Source: Octopus sinensis
Taxonomy: Eukaryota
NCBI RefSeq assembly: GCF_006345805.1
Contig: NC_043004.1
Coordinates: 10,106,001 to 10,170,000, forward strand
Direction of reading: 5' to 3'
Length of the DNA stretch: 64,000 nt
Under the pieces are notes generated by a model. The model saw nothing but the letters and a program-made list of their open reading frames with translations, did no database searches and had not been told where the DNA came from. Below are positions 22,948 to 35,889 of this stretch, in pieces. A program made the position numbers and the translations under genes. How positions within the stretch are numbered: position 1 is the stretch's first letter; the number at the start of each line of letters is the position of its first letter.

Positions 22948-23223
22948 GAATGCCCTTGTTTGAATTTGAAAACACTGAAAATGGGAGCATACCCTTTCGG
23001 CTTGTTATCGCTTCTGAAGATCTGCTCCAAACTAACAGTGCCACAAACTCAAATATGCAAGCGAAGAATTTCTGCTCTCCCCTTTCCACCAGCGTGGGTT
23101 AAAATCAGCAAACACTATGCTTTTTTCGGTAAAATCCGAGACTTAAGTAGAGAGAGATGAATATATATATTATATTATATATATGTATATATTATACAAC
23201 GATATTTATATACTTACGTCTAT

Positions 23224-26200
23224 CTATAAGGACAATATTCGTAGACCCGGAGGGTAGACTGGTCGTCCTGGATGTCGACGGCAGCAATGGGTGCGCTTTT
23301 CGACTCGTATCAGTTACGCACCGCCCTTAACAGGTCGGGCGGATTTCTTTCAACGTCTAGAAGTTTTCTTGGGAACGTCTCGTCCTTTACTCTTAGTGGG
23401 GGATTGGAATGCTACCTTGGACACGCATGTAGACTACGTGGGTAGAGATAGGAATAGACGGGGATGCAAATGCCTCAGAGACCTGCTCAGACGCTTTCAA
23501 CTGTCTGACAGGTTCCGACTAGACCACCCGAATGCGCCACGTGGACATGGAGCAACGCATCGGGTCGTCGAGATCGTATCTAGATAGGATACTGTGTAGG
23601 ACAGTAGATAGAGATAGCATAGGATGTCCACAATTCCACATAGTCAGCTACACGGATCACAAACTTGTGACATGTACGCTAGACTTAGGTAAGACACTTA
23701 GGCAGGGTCCCGGATACTGGAAACTAAACGCGTCTTTCCCATCGAGACAAGTTTTCAGAGACCGGATTAGCACACTAGTAAAGAGGGCTTTGACGGGAGC
23801 CATCATCAACAACAAATGGTGGTTTGCCCTCAAGAGAGCAGTAAAAGCAGAAGCGATTAGGTACAGCAAAGCACTAGCCATAGATAGAAATAGAGTAGAG
23901 GGTGAGCTAGTTAAGAAGCTAGAAGAGGCAATTAGAAGCGGCATCGCATCCGACGTTTTGGCGGCGAGGTTGGCCCTCGACCAACACTTCAACGCCAAAC
24001 ACGAAGGATGTGCTGTCAGAGCTAGGATGCGTGCTCTAAGGAACGAAGGTGTTTGAGCCGCGAGAGAGGCCCGGGTGGCAGAGGCGCAACAGGGCAACAA
24101 AGCCACCATTCGGTCACTGGTAGATGAACAGGGGCGCGAATTGCTCGAGCCAAGTAAAATGTGTGAGGCTTTCAGCAGCATTTTGCCCGACTGTTCGGAA
24201 CGAGTGGAGGGCAAGAACGTCGGGTGGACTTCAGTGCCTACCTACATAGCCTACCACGACTCTCGACAAGAAAGGCAGGGTGCTGCGAAGGTGCCATCAC
24301 GGCGGCGGAAGTGCGGGAAGCGATGGCAGAATGCTCGAGGGACAAATCACCGGGTTTGGATGGTCTACCCTACGAGCTTTACAATTGTATGCCAGACTTG
24401 TTTGGAGATCTCTTGGCGGCGGTGTACTGCAACTGGCAGCAAAACGGGAGCATTCCTGGTTTTGTGAGCCGAGGAGCCGTAACACTGCTGAAGAAAGATC
24501 TAAACAAGGGAAATGTAATAGATAACTTTAGGCCCATCACTCTGCTTAATGCAGACTTGAAAATTTTGGCCAAGGTGCTAGCCAAGAAGTTGGCGCTTGT
24601 CATCGAGAAACTGGTCGACAAAGCGCAAACATGCGCCGTGCCAGGCCGACCATCCATGACAACCTCCATCTGATGCGCTACATCATAGACAGGGTAGTTA
24701 ACGAACCTGGCATGGGTGGGGCCTTGATCAACTTGGATCAATCGAAAGCCTTTGATAGGGTAGACCATCGATACTTGGAGGCAGTCCTGAGAGCGGCTGG
24801 TTTCGGTCCGTCTTCCGCGGCTGGATAGCTGCCTTGTACAGAGGCATCCGTTCGGTAATTCGCGTAAATGGACATCTATCGAGACCTTTCGACATTGCAC
24901 GTTCGGTCCGTCAGGGATGCCCCCTCTCGGCGCTTCTATACGTATTGACTCTTGAGCCACTACTGCGGAAGCTGGCGACTCTAGGGGCATCCCGCGAGAA
25001 TTGGGATGCGGGACGAGCGTATCTGCATACGCGGACGACATCACCGTCATAGTGTCTAGCCACGAGCACATCGAGCTGGTCGGCGAGACACTGAAAAACT
25101 ACGAAGCGGTGACAGGAGCGAAAATCAACCGGGAAAAGTCAGTGGGCTTGCGACTAGGCACCTGGAGAAGCAAGCCCATGCCGTCCACCAGCGCCTCCGT
25201 CGTGGGACGCTGGACCGACGGCCCGGTTGAGTTGCTCGGGGTCTGGTTTGGTCCGGACCGCCAAGTGGAGAAGAACTGGAACGAGATAACGAGTAGGGTA
25301 GGGTGGTCACTCTCGCCCGGCAATGGGCCGAGAGGAAACTGTCCCTAAAAGGTCGAGCGGAGGTGGCGAACACGTACATCGCGTCCGTCATCTACTACCG
25401 CCTGACCGTCGTACCTTGTCCCGACCCTACCATCACCAAACTACAACGCATCCTCTTTCGCTTCTTGTGGAAAGGATCGTCCCGATGGTCAGGCGATCCA
25501 TTTGCTGTCAACACTCGTTAAAAGGAGGGCTGGGCATGCCGTGGTTGATGATGCGCAGACACGCGCTGAGACTGCGACATCTCTGGCTCTATGTAGACGA
25601 CGTGAACAGTGTGGTCGCCGTTTGTGAGGCACGCTTTCCGCAGCTCGTCTCCATGACCGAACTGCAGTCGTGGATCAAAAAGAGGCCGAGGAAGGGCGAA
25701 TGGCACCGCGAGTGTCGCGTTGCTCTCAAGCAACTCTGCCGTCCTGGTCGACCTTAAGTGACTTCAACACAACCAAAGCATTCTATAGGGGTTTGTGGAG
25801 GGGAGGTACGACGACGAGCTCGGGGCGAACCTGGACGTCGACGAGGAGTACCTGACCCGCCTGTTCAGGACGACTTTCGGGCCAGGGCCCATGGACAACT
25901 TCCAGAGATCCCTGGCCTGACAGTGCTACCGAGAAGCGCTACCCGTTCGGGATAAGCTCTACAGACACGGCTCGAGAAACACGGGGCCGACCTGCCGAGA
26001 GAGATGCGGTCGGAGCGACGAAACCGTTCTGCACGCACTCGTTCAGTGTCCAACAATTTCCGACCTGTGGGCTTGTGTCGAACAACTGCTGTCACGTGTG
26101 GGACGAGTCGGTTATCAGCTGAGTCTATCGTCATATTGTCACGCCTCCTTCCTTCAAACGGGAAGGAAGAGCTATTTTCATCATCCTTGTGGCTATGGCG

Positions 26201-26776
26201 AAAGAATGTATCTGTGTGGTGGACGCGTCTGAAAGGATTGGAGACAAACACTTTCCTCTCTGGTCAATCTCTCATCAACTTCTTCAAGTACCACTTGAAA
26301 AGGAAAGTGAGAGTAGAGAGGCAAGTTTTGTCTAGCGAATGTTTTAAAAAAAGATGGGTGAATGTAGCAAGAATGGCACGTATGAATGACGAAGCCACCT
26401 TGAGCATAGTCCTATGAACCCAGAAATCGAAAACAGAGAGTTGCTTATTTGCAAAAAAAAAAAAAAAGAATATAAAATGTGACTTCATTGACCGAGGTTA
26501 CGTGGTCTTTTCCGTAGGCTTCTTTCCACGGGTAAACCTCACCTGTCCTCCCCTTTACACTTCATATTGACATTTCTGTGAAACGATCCTATTGATCATT
26601 TTTTTTTCCTCCCCCCTTTTTTTAAACCCCCTTTTTTTTGTCCTTTCTCTCCTTTTACGATCCCTTTTGATCGAAACTCCCCCCCCTTCCTTTTTTTTTT
26701 TTTTAAACCTTCAAAAGAAAAGCTCTACCTTGTAATTTGTTCTATCTGTGTGCAGCCCTGTGTGGCTAATAAAGAC
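23224..26776 (+). mobile_element. L1/Tx1-type LINE, 5'-truncated within the APE domain; ORF2 (APE-RT-CCHC) broken by frameshifts
   Basis: APE: LLLVGDWNA, SYLDRIL, SYTDHKLV, GPGYWKLNAS. RT: KSPGLDGLPYELY, NFRPITLLNADLKILAK, LDQSKAFDRVDH, SVRQGCPLSALLYV, SAYADDITV. C-terminal C..C..DETVLHALVQCP. Stop at 26417, then a T/C-rich 3' UTR and AATAAA at 26768-26773. Visibly more GC-rich than the flanks. Confidence 0.92.
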
Positions 26777-26777
26777 A

Positions 26778-26872
<95 letters not shown>

Positions 26873-26873
26873 A

Positions 26874-26921
<48 letters not shown>
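26778..26921. repeat. (ATCT)n microsatellite abutting the LINE 3' end
   Basis: Near-perfect ATCT run. Confidence 0.95.
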
Positions 26922-26922
<1 letters not shown>

Positions 26923-26948
26923 GTGTATATATATATATACATGTAATA

Positions 26949-26998
<50 letters not shown>

Positions 26999-27071
26999 TA
27001 TACACACGTGTGCACGTGTATTTATGTATAATATATGTATATGCATGTATACATGTACGTGTATATATATA

Positions 27072-27112
<41 letters not shown>

Positions 27113-27599
27113 GTATGTATATAAAACAAAAAGAAAACTCTTCGAGAAGTTTATCATGGCCAAAGGGAAGAAAGTATTTACATCTTTACCAAAAGGGTTA
27201 CCGGTTTCAATCACTTTAAAAGACGATTTAGTCTTACTGAAACGCAACTAAAATAAATTAAATTAAATTAATATTTCATGATACCAGATCAGAAAGCTAA
27301 TATGTTTTTCTTACAAATTCGCTTGGCGCTGATATTTCGTTTGGTCCTGATTGTTGTTGGGTCGTAGAAATAATAATAGCTCAAGCAGTGGCACTTGCTT
27401 ATTCTGATTGGGGTTATTAGTGGTAGCAGTAGCAGCAGCAATGCTAGTTATAGTAGAAGCATATATGGTGATGGTTGTGTTAGTCTAATTAGTAGCAGCT
27501 ATGTTAGCTTCAGCGAAAGTTGTGTGTATGTATGTATATGTATATGTGTGTGTGTATGTATACGTATGTATGTATGTATGTATGTATGTATGTATGTAT

Positions 27600-28145
27600 G
27601 AGGAGGTATTGGCTTTAAGGGTATTGCGAAAGGGTGTTGGTCTGGCGCAGAAAGTGTCACGAGATTCCAGTAGTTATCAGAACACGGGATTTGTACGGAG
27701 TTGCCTTATCTAAGATGGCAGCTAAAGAGCTGAAGGGCTGCATTTGGCCTGGGCTGCCTGTGTGTGGTCCTCTTCCTGAGATAATTCCGTGGCATGTTAA
27801 TTAACCCATAACTGGGAACCTGACATTTGCCTTTACTCGGGGTCAGAGTGGCCCAGGGAACAATAGAAGCTAAGAGTATTAGTCCTTGGTTGTTTATAGA
27901 AGACCTGCAGTCACCCATGTATAACACCCTCCCCTCTACATTCCACATATGTTATTCAAGGAAAAGTAAAGGCCGATACAGCTTGGCACCAGTGACATCG
28001 CAACTCATTTCTACAGATGAGTGAACAAACTGGAGCAACGCGAAATAAAGTATCTTGCGCAAGAACACAACAGACAGCCAAGTACGGAAATTGAACTCAC
28101 TACCTCATGATCGTGAGTCCGAAGCTCTAAACACTGAGCGATGGG
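27600..28145 (-). mobile_element. tRNA-headed SINE-like element (family D, my label)
   Basis: Minus-strand head CGCCCATCGCTCAGTGTTTAGAGC...GAGTTCAATTTCC followed by a TTCTTGCGCAAGATACTTT core. The 3' extent is uncertain. Confidence 0.55.
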
Positions 28146-28186
28146 CGCAATCTATTGACAGAAACAGGTGAAAGATAAAAGTTTAA

Positions 28187-28217
<31 letters not shown>

Positions 28218-29118
28218 GTATAAATAAATAAAGAGCAAGAAATAGATGGACATAGATAGAGATGTTTACGTACATACATACACACAAACATACATACATA
28301 CATACATACATACATACATACATACATACATACATACATACATACAAACATGCATACATACATACACACATATACACATACACACATGCGCACACAATGC
28401 CGGAGAGTTCGGAAGATCAGGTTTAATAACCGTAACAGTGCATTCCAGTGGTGAACCAGTGTAGTCGTCTCGCTTGAGAGATCGGTCTGTTTTAGGAAAG
28501 TTGATCTTCCTCCTCCTCTTCCACTTCACCCAGCCTCCTTCTCATTCTCATTATTATTATTATTATTATTGTTGTTGTTGTTGTTGTTGTTGTTGTTATT
28601 ATTATTATTATTATCATTATTATTATTACTACTACTATTATAAATGTGATCCATCTTGTATGTGACATTTCGGAGTCTCGCTTTCTCAAAAGCCGACTGA
28701 ACACGTACCCGTACTTAGAAGCTGCCGCACTCATTCAAACGCATATACATACATTTATATACATACATTTACAAATTCATCTGCGTGCGCATATAAGTGT
28801 ATCTGTACACGCACGTTATATTGCGACTATGCATAGATACATAAACATACTGTCATTTATGTGCATGTGTATATGCATATATACATGCAAGTATATGTAC
28901 AGACACATACACACCTGCACCAGTCATGAACTATACAACTATACATTCAAATTATATATATATATATATAATTTTACTTATATATGTATATATATATGTG
29001 TGTATGTGTGTAAGTTAAAACATATACACATACATATACTTGTATATATGTATGAGTGTGTTTATGTCAATATACATACATACATGCATATCTATACATA
29101 CATGCATACATACATGCA

Positions 29119-29162
<44 letters not shown>

Positions 29163-29172
29163 CGTCTATCGG

Positions 29173-29236
<64 letters not shown>

Positions 29237-29480
29237 CATACATACATACATACATACATACATACATACATACATACATACTTCGCTTTAAAAAATGCAT
29301 ATATATATACGCACATACGCAAATGCCTGCAAATACGAATACCGGCATCGACGTACTATTTATACATATACACTCACTCACTTTTATACACTTGTATAAA
29401 ACAAGAGTATTTTGTCATATGTATTACTTTTGCATGCTATAATTCACTTAAACACACTCACAGTTGTGTATACATTTATG

Positions 29481-29524
<44 letters not shown>

Positions 29525-30237
29525 CACACAAACACACACATATGTGTTTATATATATGTATATGTATGTGCGCGCACGCGCATGTATGTATGTATGCATG
29601 TGTATACACACACACATGAATGTATGTATGCATGTGTATACACACACACATGAATACATCCATGCAAATGCTAAAAACCAACCCTTTTATCGGAAGAATT
29701 TCAAATAACAGACATAAATAAATGCACACATACAAAAATCTATCGACATTTACTCACACACACATACACACGCGCACACATATACACACATGCGCGCACA
29801 CACGCACAAATACGCACACACATAAACAAACATACACACTTATCTATCTCCGTACCTCTCTAAATCTATCTACCTACCTACATACTTACATCCATGGGTG
29901 CATACATACATACATACGTGGACTCAGTTGTAGTCACATATGTACACGAAATTGTGAAATAAGTTATTAAAGAATAGGAATGGTTAAGAAATATATATAA
30001 AGAATTTACAGGGTAGAATAGAGAATGGTCTAAAAATATAGAAATCATTGCCATTAGCTAACAGAACTCCGAATGTCTCAGACTTCAAAAGGAAACTAAA
30101 ATCTTTCTGTTTTTTTTTTTTACTTCGTAGACTCAGAGTATTATTTTCTAAACCTAAAAATAATATACTCTTAGAAGCAACTTAGATTGGTAAAGGAGAG
30201 CTGTGGAGCTGCTGTAGTAACAATAAAGAAATCGTTG

Positions 30238-30605
30238 TGGTCGTTATCATTCAGCATCATAATCATCATCGTCATCATTGTCATCATCGTTATCGTCGTC
30301 AGCATTATCATCGTTATTATTGTCGTCGTTATCGCCGTCGTCGTTCTCGTCAGCATCATCATCATCGTCATCGTTATCGTCACTGTCACCATAATCGTCG
30401 TCATTGTCATCATCACCATCATCATCACCATTATTGTCGACGTTGCCATTATCACTAACATCATCGTCGTTGTCGTCGTCATCACCGTCATTGTCATCAT
30501 CACCATCGTCATCACCATTATCGTCATTATCACCAACGTCATCGTCGTTGTCGTTGTCATCATCAGTATCGTCGCTGTTGTCATCGTCGTTGCCATCATC
30601 ATTAT
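30238..30605. repeat. Degenerate (CAT/CGT/TAT)n trinucleotide array
   Basis: ~370 bp of imperfect triplet repeat giving low-complexity ORFs on both strands. Confidence 0.9.
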
Positions 30606-31169
30606 TAATTGAAACTTTATTGCAAGCTTTATTTACATCCCGCTCTGTAGTAACCCGCCACTCTCCCCACTTTCAGAAATTCGGATCAAACCAATTATGA
30701 ACATGATTCGCTTTATGTTCACTTTAATGGCTTTACTACAACTTTTCCAGAAATTTCCATGAAACGTCTTTCAGATCAGGCGTAGAAGATTCTTTGTTGA
30801 ATAACTTTTACACTGTTTTGGACTTTTATGGGTTATTGGGAGGTAGAATGTCACCTGTCGTGACCTTTGTTGGGCTCTCTGAGACTAATAGCGAGTTGAT
30901 GTTGAGGGAAACCACAACACATAGGTTTTTGTTGTTGTTGTTTTCTTCTTCTTCTTCTTTCAATCAGGACTCATACCATTAGCCACAAAGAATAATCTCT
31001 AATTCGAGCCTACTCTAAGCTACTAAGAAAGCGTATGACAACTTGAAGATCCTCCCACCACACGCGATAGACTGGCGGTTGCACGGGTGCGAAAGCTACG
31101 TTGTTATCCTCATTCCGTAAACGGTGGCTTTCAACGGGTGGAGAGCCGAACCTTCCAGGGATACAGAGG

Positions 31170-31430
31170 ATTCGCAATCTAGACTAGGGTCTGAAAGTTT
31201 ACCACACCATAGTGGGTTACACCATGGTTCCTCTGCTTTGTGACAGAAGTAGGAAAAAAGAGTGAGAGAAAGTTGTGGTGAAAGAATACAGCGGGGTTCA
31301 CCACTCCTGCCCGGCGGAGCCTCATGGAGCTTAAGTTTTTTGCTCAATAATCTCTTACAATGCCCGGTCTAGGAATCGAAACCGCGTTCTTACGACCGCC
31401 AGTCCGCAGCCCTAACCACTGGACTATTGC
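31170..31430 (-). mobile_element. SINE family C
   Basis: Matches 60100-60300 (GAAAGTTGTGGTGAAAG...GGAATCGAAACCGCG...CCCTAACCACTGG). Confidence 0.75.
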
Positions 31431-31721
31431 TGCTGTTGTTGTTGCCGACTATCTCCAGGTCTGTCTGGATCGGGCAAACTAATAATTAACGATATTCAAA
31501 CCACGATCAAGACATCTGTTGTTCATCAAATATGTCTCTTCTTTTAAGATGACAGTATCGCGCTGTTTCAGAAAAATTGGGTAGTATTTTAAGCAGGACG
31601 ATTAACTGCTTGGAGGGTTCTCTGTTTCTCTCGACTCAAGTGTTGTTCCACCAGATGGCAGCAGCATAAGAAAATATTTTAGTACAGCAACTTATGATTT
31701 TGATCATCTCAAAGTATCTAT

Positions 31722-31832
<111 letters not shown>

Positions 31833-31984
31833 GCTATCTATCTATCTGTATATTTATTTGTGCGTCCGATTGTGCGTTTGTCCGTCCTTCCATCCATCCA
31901 TCCTTACATTCTCGGAGCAAAACGGAAGGTGTGAATTGTTTTTAACTGGATATCAGCACCAAATTAAGTTGAAAATAGAAACAG

Positions 31985-32144
31985 GCACAGGAGTGACTGT
32001 GTGGTAAGTAGCTTGCTCACCAACCGCATGGTTCTGGGTTCAGTCCCCCTGCATGACACTTGAGCAAATGTGTTCAACTATAGCCTCAGGCCGATCAAAC
32101 CTTTGTGAGTGGATTTGGTAGACGGAAACTGAAAGAAGCCCGTC

Positions 32145-32212
<68 letters not shown>

Positions 32213-32450
32213 GTGTGTGTGTGTGGTGTGTGTGTGTGTGTGTGTGTGTGTTTTTGTCCCCCCAACATTGCTTACATGACACCGATACTGTTGTGTTTAC
32301 GCCTCCGTAACTTAGCGCTTCGGCAAAAAAGTTATCGATAGACTAAGCACTAGGCTTACAAAGAATAAGTCCTGGGATCGACTTGTTCGACCAAAGGCGG
32401 TGCTCCAGCATGGTCGCAGTCAAATGACTGAAACAAGTAAAAAAATAAAA
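31985..32450 (+). mobile_element. SINE family B
   Basis: Complete head, internal (TA)n(TG)n and tail. Confidence 0.85.
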
Positions 32451-32869
32451 GAATAGATGGTGATTATACGGAATTAATGGGCCTATTAACTGGTGTTCAC
32501 TCCAATATGACTGCACTCTAGGAATAAAGCTTAACATTTTTTAAACTCATATAATCGTATAAAAAAGCAGCTTTACTAATTAGGTAATCTCACTGTGACG
32601 TCAATTTTAACGGTATCTTTTAAACTGATTTAAAAAATCTTTTGGTCAGATTTCACAGAACTTTTAGGGAGCCTCCGGAGTAGATAAAGAATACTTTCAA
32701 CTGTTTTTAAATAATTTTTTTGTAATCTTATAAGGGCAATTTCATTTTGTTTTTCTTAATTTCTCGATTGTTTTCGTTCGTTCGCTCCTACTAAGTTTTG
32801 ATTTGAGGTGATGTGGTTGTAAAGATCGTTTATAATTGTTTCTGTTATTCAGTGTTGTGTTTATGTTTA

Positions 32870-35043
32870 AGTTAGAAAGTTGAAAAGTACAACCTCCTAG
32901 TATGATTCCCTCTTGACTAGTTAATGGTTAACATTTCTACTTCCAAAAAATGAAGAAACAAATGAGCCAAAAAGTTATCGACCCACAACCTGCTTAACAA
33001 CAATGTATAAAACGCTAACATCTGTCTTGACTGAATTTCCCTGTAGGTTTTTTAATAGAAAGTGGCATATTCCTTAATGAGCAAAAAGGATGTAAACGTG
33101 GATCCTATGGTTGTAAAGATCAGCTACTCATCAATAAGATGGTCTTGGAAGATTGTCACAAACGACACAAAAGCTTGTCAATAATGTGGATAGACTATAA
33201 AATAAGATTTTGATAGTCTACTACGTAGCTGGATTTAGAAATGTCTGGAAATGTATAAAATAGCACTACTCTGCGAAACTTGTTGTCTAAGTATGAGAAC
33301 CACACTGAGGTTGAACAGTAACAATGAATCTCTAAATGCTGGAGATGTAAGAATTTCATGTGGCATTTTCCAGGGTGACTCACTATCACCACTCCTCTTT
33401 TGTCTAGCCTTAATACCTTTCTCGAAATTGCTCAATGATGTATAGTACGGTTATAAAATGTTTGATAAAAGTATAAATCATCTCATTTAAATGGATGATT
33501 TAAAACTCTTTGCAAAAATGACCAACAACTACAAGACTTAAAGGAAAAATGACAGAAACATCTAACGTTAACCTTGACCCGCAGAATGTCACAAAGGAGT
33601 TAGAACCAGCGGAGAGCTACACATACCTAGGGGTATTAGAAGGGGACGGAATCAAACATTCAGTGACGAGGGGAAAGATCAGAAGAGAATGTTATTACAG
33701 GGTAAGGGCTATACTCAAGACAGGGCTGAATGCAAGAAACAGGATCGAAGTATCATTACTTTAGCCATACCAGTCGTGACTTACAGTTTCAATATCATTA
33801 ACTGGTCAATTATTGAAATATGTAAACTTGAAAGAAAAATACAAAAATTGTTGACAATGCATGGAATGCACCACCCTAAGGCAGATATAGAACGACTTTA
33901 TCTGCCAAGGAAAGAGGGAGGCCATGGACATTTACAACTGGCATTAACAATGGAGATTGCCACAATAGGCCTAGACACCCACCTGAAAAACTCTGAGGAC
34001 TGGATGTTAAAACTTGTCTCAAAACATGAAAACAAGAAAGCATCTTACTCAGCAATAAATCAGGCAAAGGAATATCTAAGTGAATTCCAAATACAACATA
34101 TTCCAGAATTAGACATACTAGAAACAAGCACAGAAAAAGCTAAGTGTATGAAAACCCGTGCTAAAACTGCTGCCTTAGGTATTCTTACTGATAAATGGCA
34201 AGACAAACCTCTCAATGGCAAATATTCAAAGAGAGCTAATAATGCCAATGTTGACAAAGTCCTTACCTATCAATGGTTAATGGCTTCTGGCTTAAAATCA
34301 GAAACAGAAGGGTTTATCATAGCAGCCCAAGATCAATGCCTACCTACAAGAAACTACCAGGCCAATATATTTAAGAATGGCAGCTTCCCAACATGTCCTG
34401 TATGTCAACAACAAAATGAAACCATTGATCATATCTTTATGTGCAGTCTTCTTGCGCCTACAGAGTATTTCAACAGGCATGATAGAGCTGCACAATATAT
34501 TCACTGGGTAATTGGCGAAAGCCTGGACCTGCCACATGATAAAAACTGGTGGGAACACAAACCGCCTCCAGTGCTTGAAAATGATCACATCTCACTCCTC
34601 TGGAACTTCACCATTCAAACTGACAGAAAGATAGATGCAAATAGGCCAGACATCATATTGAAAGAATTCAGACAGAAGTCATGCCTCTTCATTGATATGA
34701 CTGTCCCAATCAATATAAACGTATCTGTCAAGACCTACCAAAAACTGAGGAAGTATAAAGATCTTGAAATAGAAATTAGCAAAATGTGGAACCTGAAGAC
34801 TAAAACAACACCTGTTGTCGTAGGTGCCCTAGGAATGATAGCAAAAGGGCCTGATTGCTACCTAGCTCAGATACCAGGAAACCCCAAAATGGCAGAAATT
34901 CAAAAGATAGTGCTCATGGGAACTGCTCATATCGTGCGCAAAATACTTTCTATGTAATCTGAAGTTTTAAAACAAACATAATTTTCTTATGGTTTCTTAA
35001 ACATTCACTAGTACAACACTAAGTACAAAAGCAAATATATGGC
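32870..35043 (+). mobile_element. R4/Dong-type RLE LINE, 5'-truncated; RT decayed, C-terminal ORF open at 33689-34957
   Basis: FLLPK..SYRPTTCL, EQKGCKRGSYGCKDQLLIN, GIFQGDSLSPLLFCLAL, *MDDLKLFAK, MHHPKADIERLYLPRKEGG, ETEGFIIAAQDQCLPTRNY, CPVC..ETIDHI..C..RHD, and RLE DANRPDIIL..FIDMTVP..KYKDLEIEI. Confidence 0.92.
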
Positions 35044-35044
35044 A

Positions 35045-35275
35045 ATAATTTGTGAAGTGAATTTGTTACGAGTAAACTCAGCGAAACCATGTTGATAGAT
35101 TGCTAGCCACTAAACCTTTTTCTATTTTCTCTCTCTGTTTATTTCTGTCTTTCTTTCGAAGAGCGAAGGCTTGAAACGTAAAAGACTTTCTCACTTCCTG
35201 AACGGTAAACTTATACATCTGTTCGTTGTTTACACACCCGTCTTTGTATTTTGCCTTTTTGTAAATTCCCACTAT
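35045..35275 (+). mobile_element. Probable Penelope-like pLTR remnant with decayed HHR-like hairpin
   Basis: GAAGAGC-GAAG-GCTT-GAAACG at ~35158-35178, ending at a (TACA)n run. The CUGANGA core is not intact. Confidence 0.35.
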
Positions 35276-35334
35276 ACATACATACATGCACACATACATA
35301 CATACATACATACATACATACATACATACATACA

Positions 35335-35365
<31 letters not shown>

Positions 35366-35844
35366 GCATACATATATAAATCTTTTTCGTAATGAGATAA
35401 AAACCAAGGTTGTGTAGATTTTAGAACATTTATAGACATATATATAATATATACATGAATTTGTTCAGGATAGGACGGGAATGGAAACCGTGCAACAGAT
35501 CCCATTTCGCAGAGAACAGAGTAAACCAAATGCACCATTTTCAACAAATGATCTTAAGAGTTTAGACTGTAAACAAGTACTGTTCCTTTCTTTTAAGATT
35601 GTTTTTTTCTTAAAGAACGACATAATTAGAACCAGCTTCCGATATAAAATCGAACCGCCAATACCTAACGAAATTCACTTGTCATAAGCGCGCGCACACA
35701 CACACACATACACACTAACACACACACACAAATATTTATACTTACATAGACACACATCTATAACTAAAAACGTTGTGGCTAATACATACATACGTACGTC
35801 CATACATATATATTTGTGTGTATGTGTGTATATATGTACAGATG

Positions 35845-35889
<45 letters not shown>

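Larger units (their letters stand above)
20380..23162 (-). repeat. Head-to-tail tandem array of five ~557-bp units, each with a hammerhead ribozyme (retrozyme-like / Penelope pLTR-like)
   Basis: Unit marker CAATTGAGG at 20385, 20941, 21499, 22058 and 22616. Units differ mainly by 1-2 nt indels. (TA)-rich flanks. Confidence 0.95.

Noticed and set aside
20380-23162. CRISPR array or multi-exon gene interpretation of the tandem repeat
   Set aside because: The units are near-identical over their whole length with no unique spacers; eukaryotic repeat context.
28646-29653. 335-aa ORF, and similar YIYI/MYVC/LSIY/HTHT ORFs throughout
   Set aside because: Translations of (TA)n, (TATG)n, (ATCT)n and (CA)n microsatellites, which lack stops in some frames.
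30171-30700. Overlapping M/T-, I/V-, H/R- and S-rich ORFs
   Set aside because: Products of a degenerate triplet repeat; no splice or flanking coding context.
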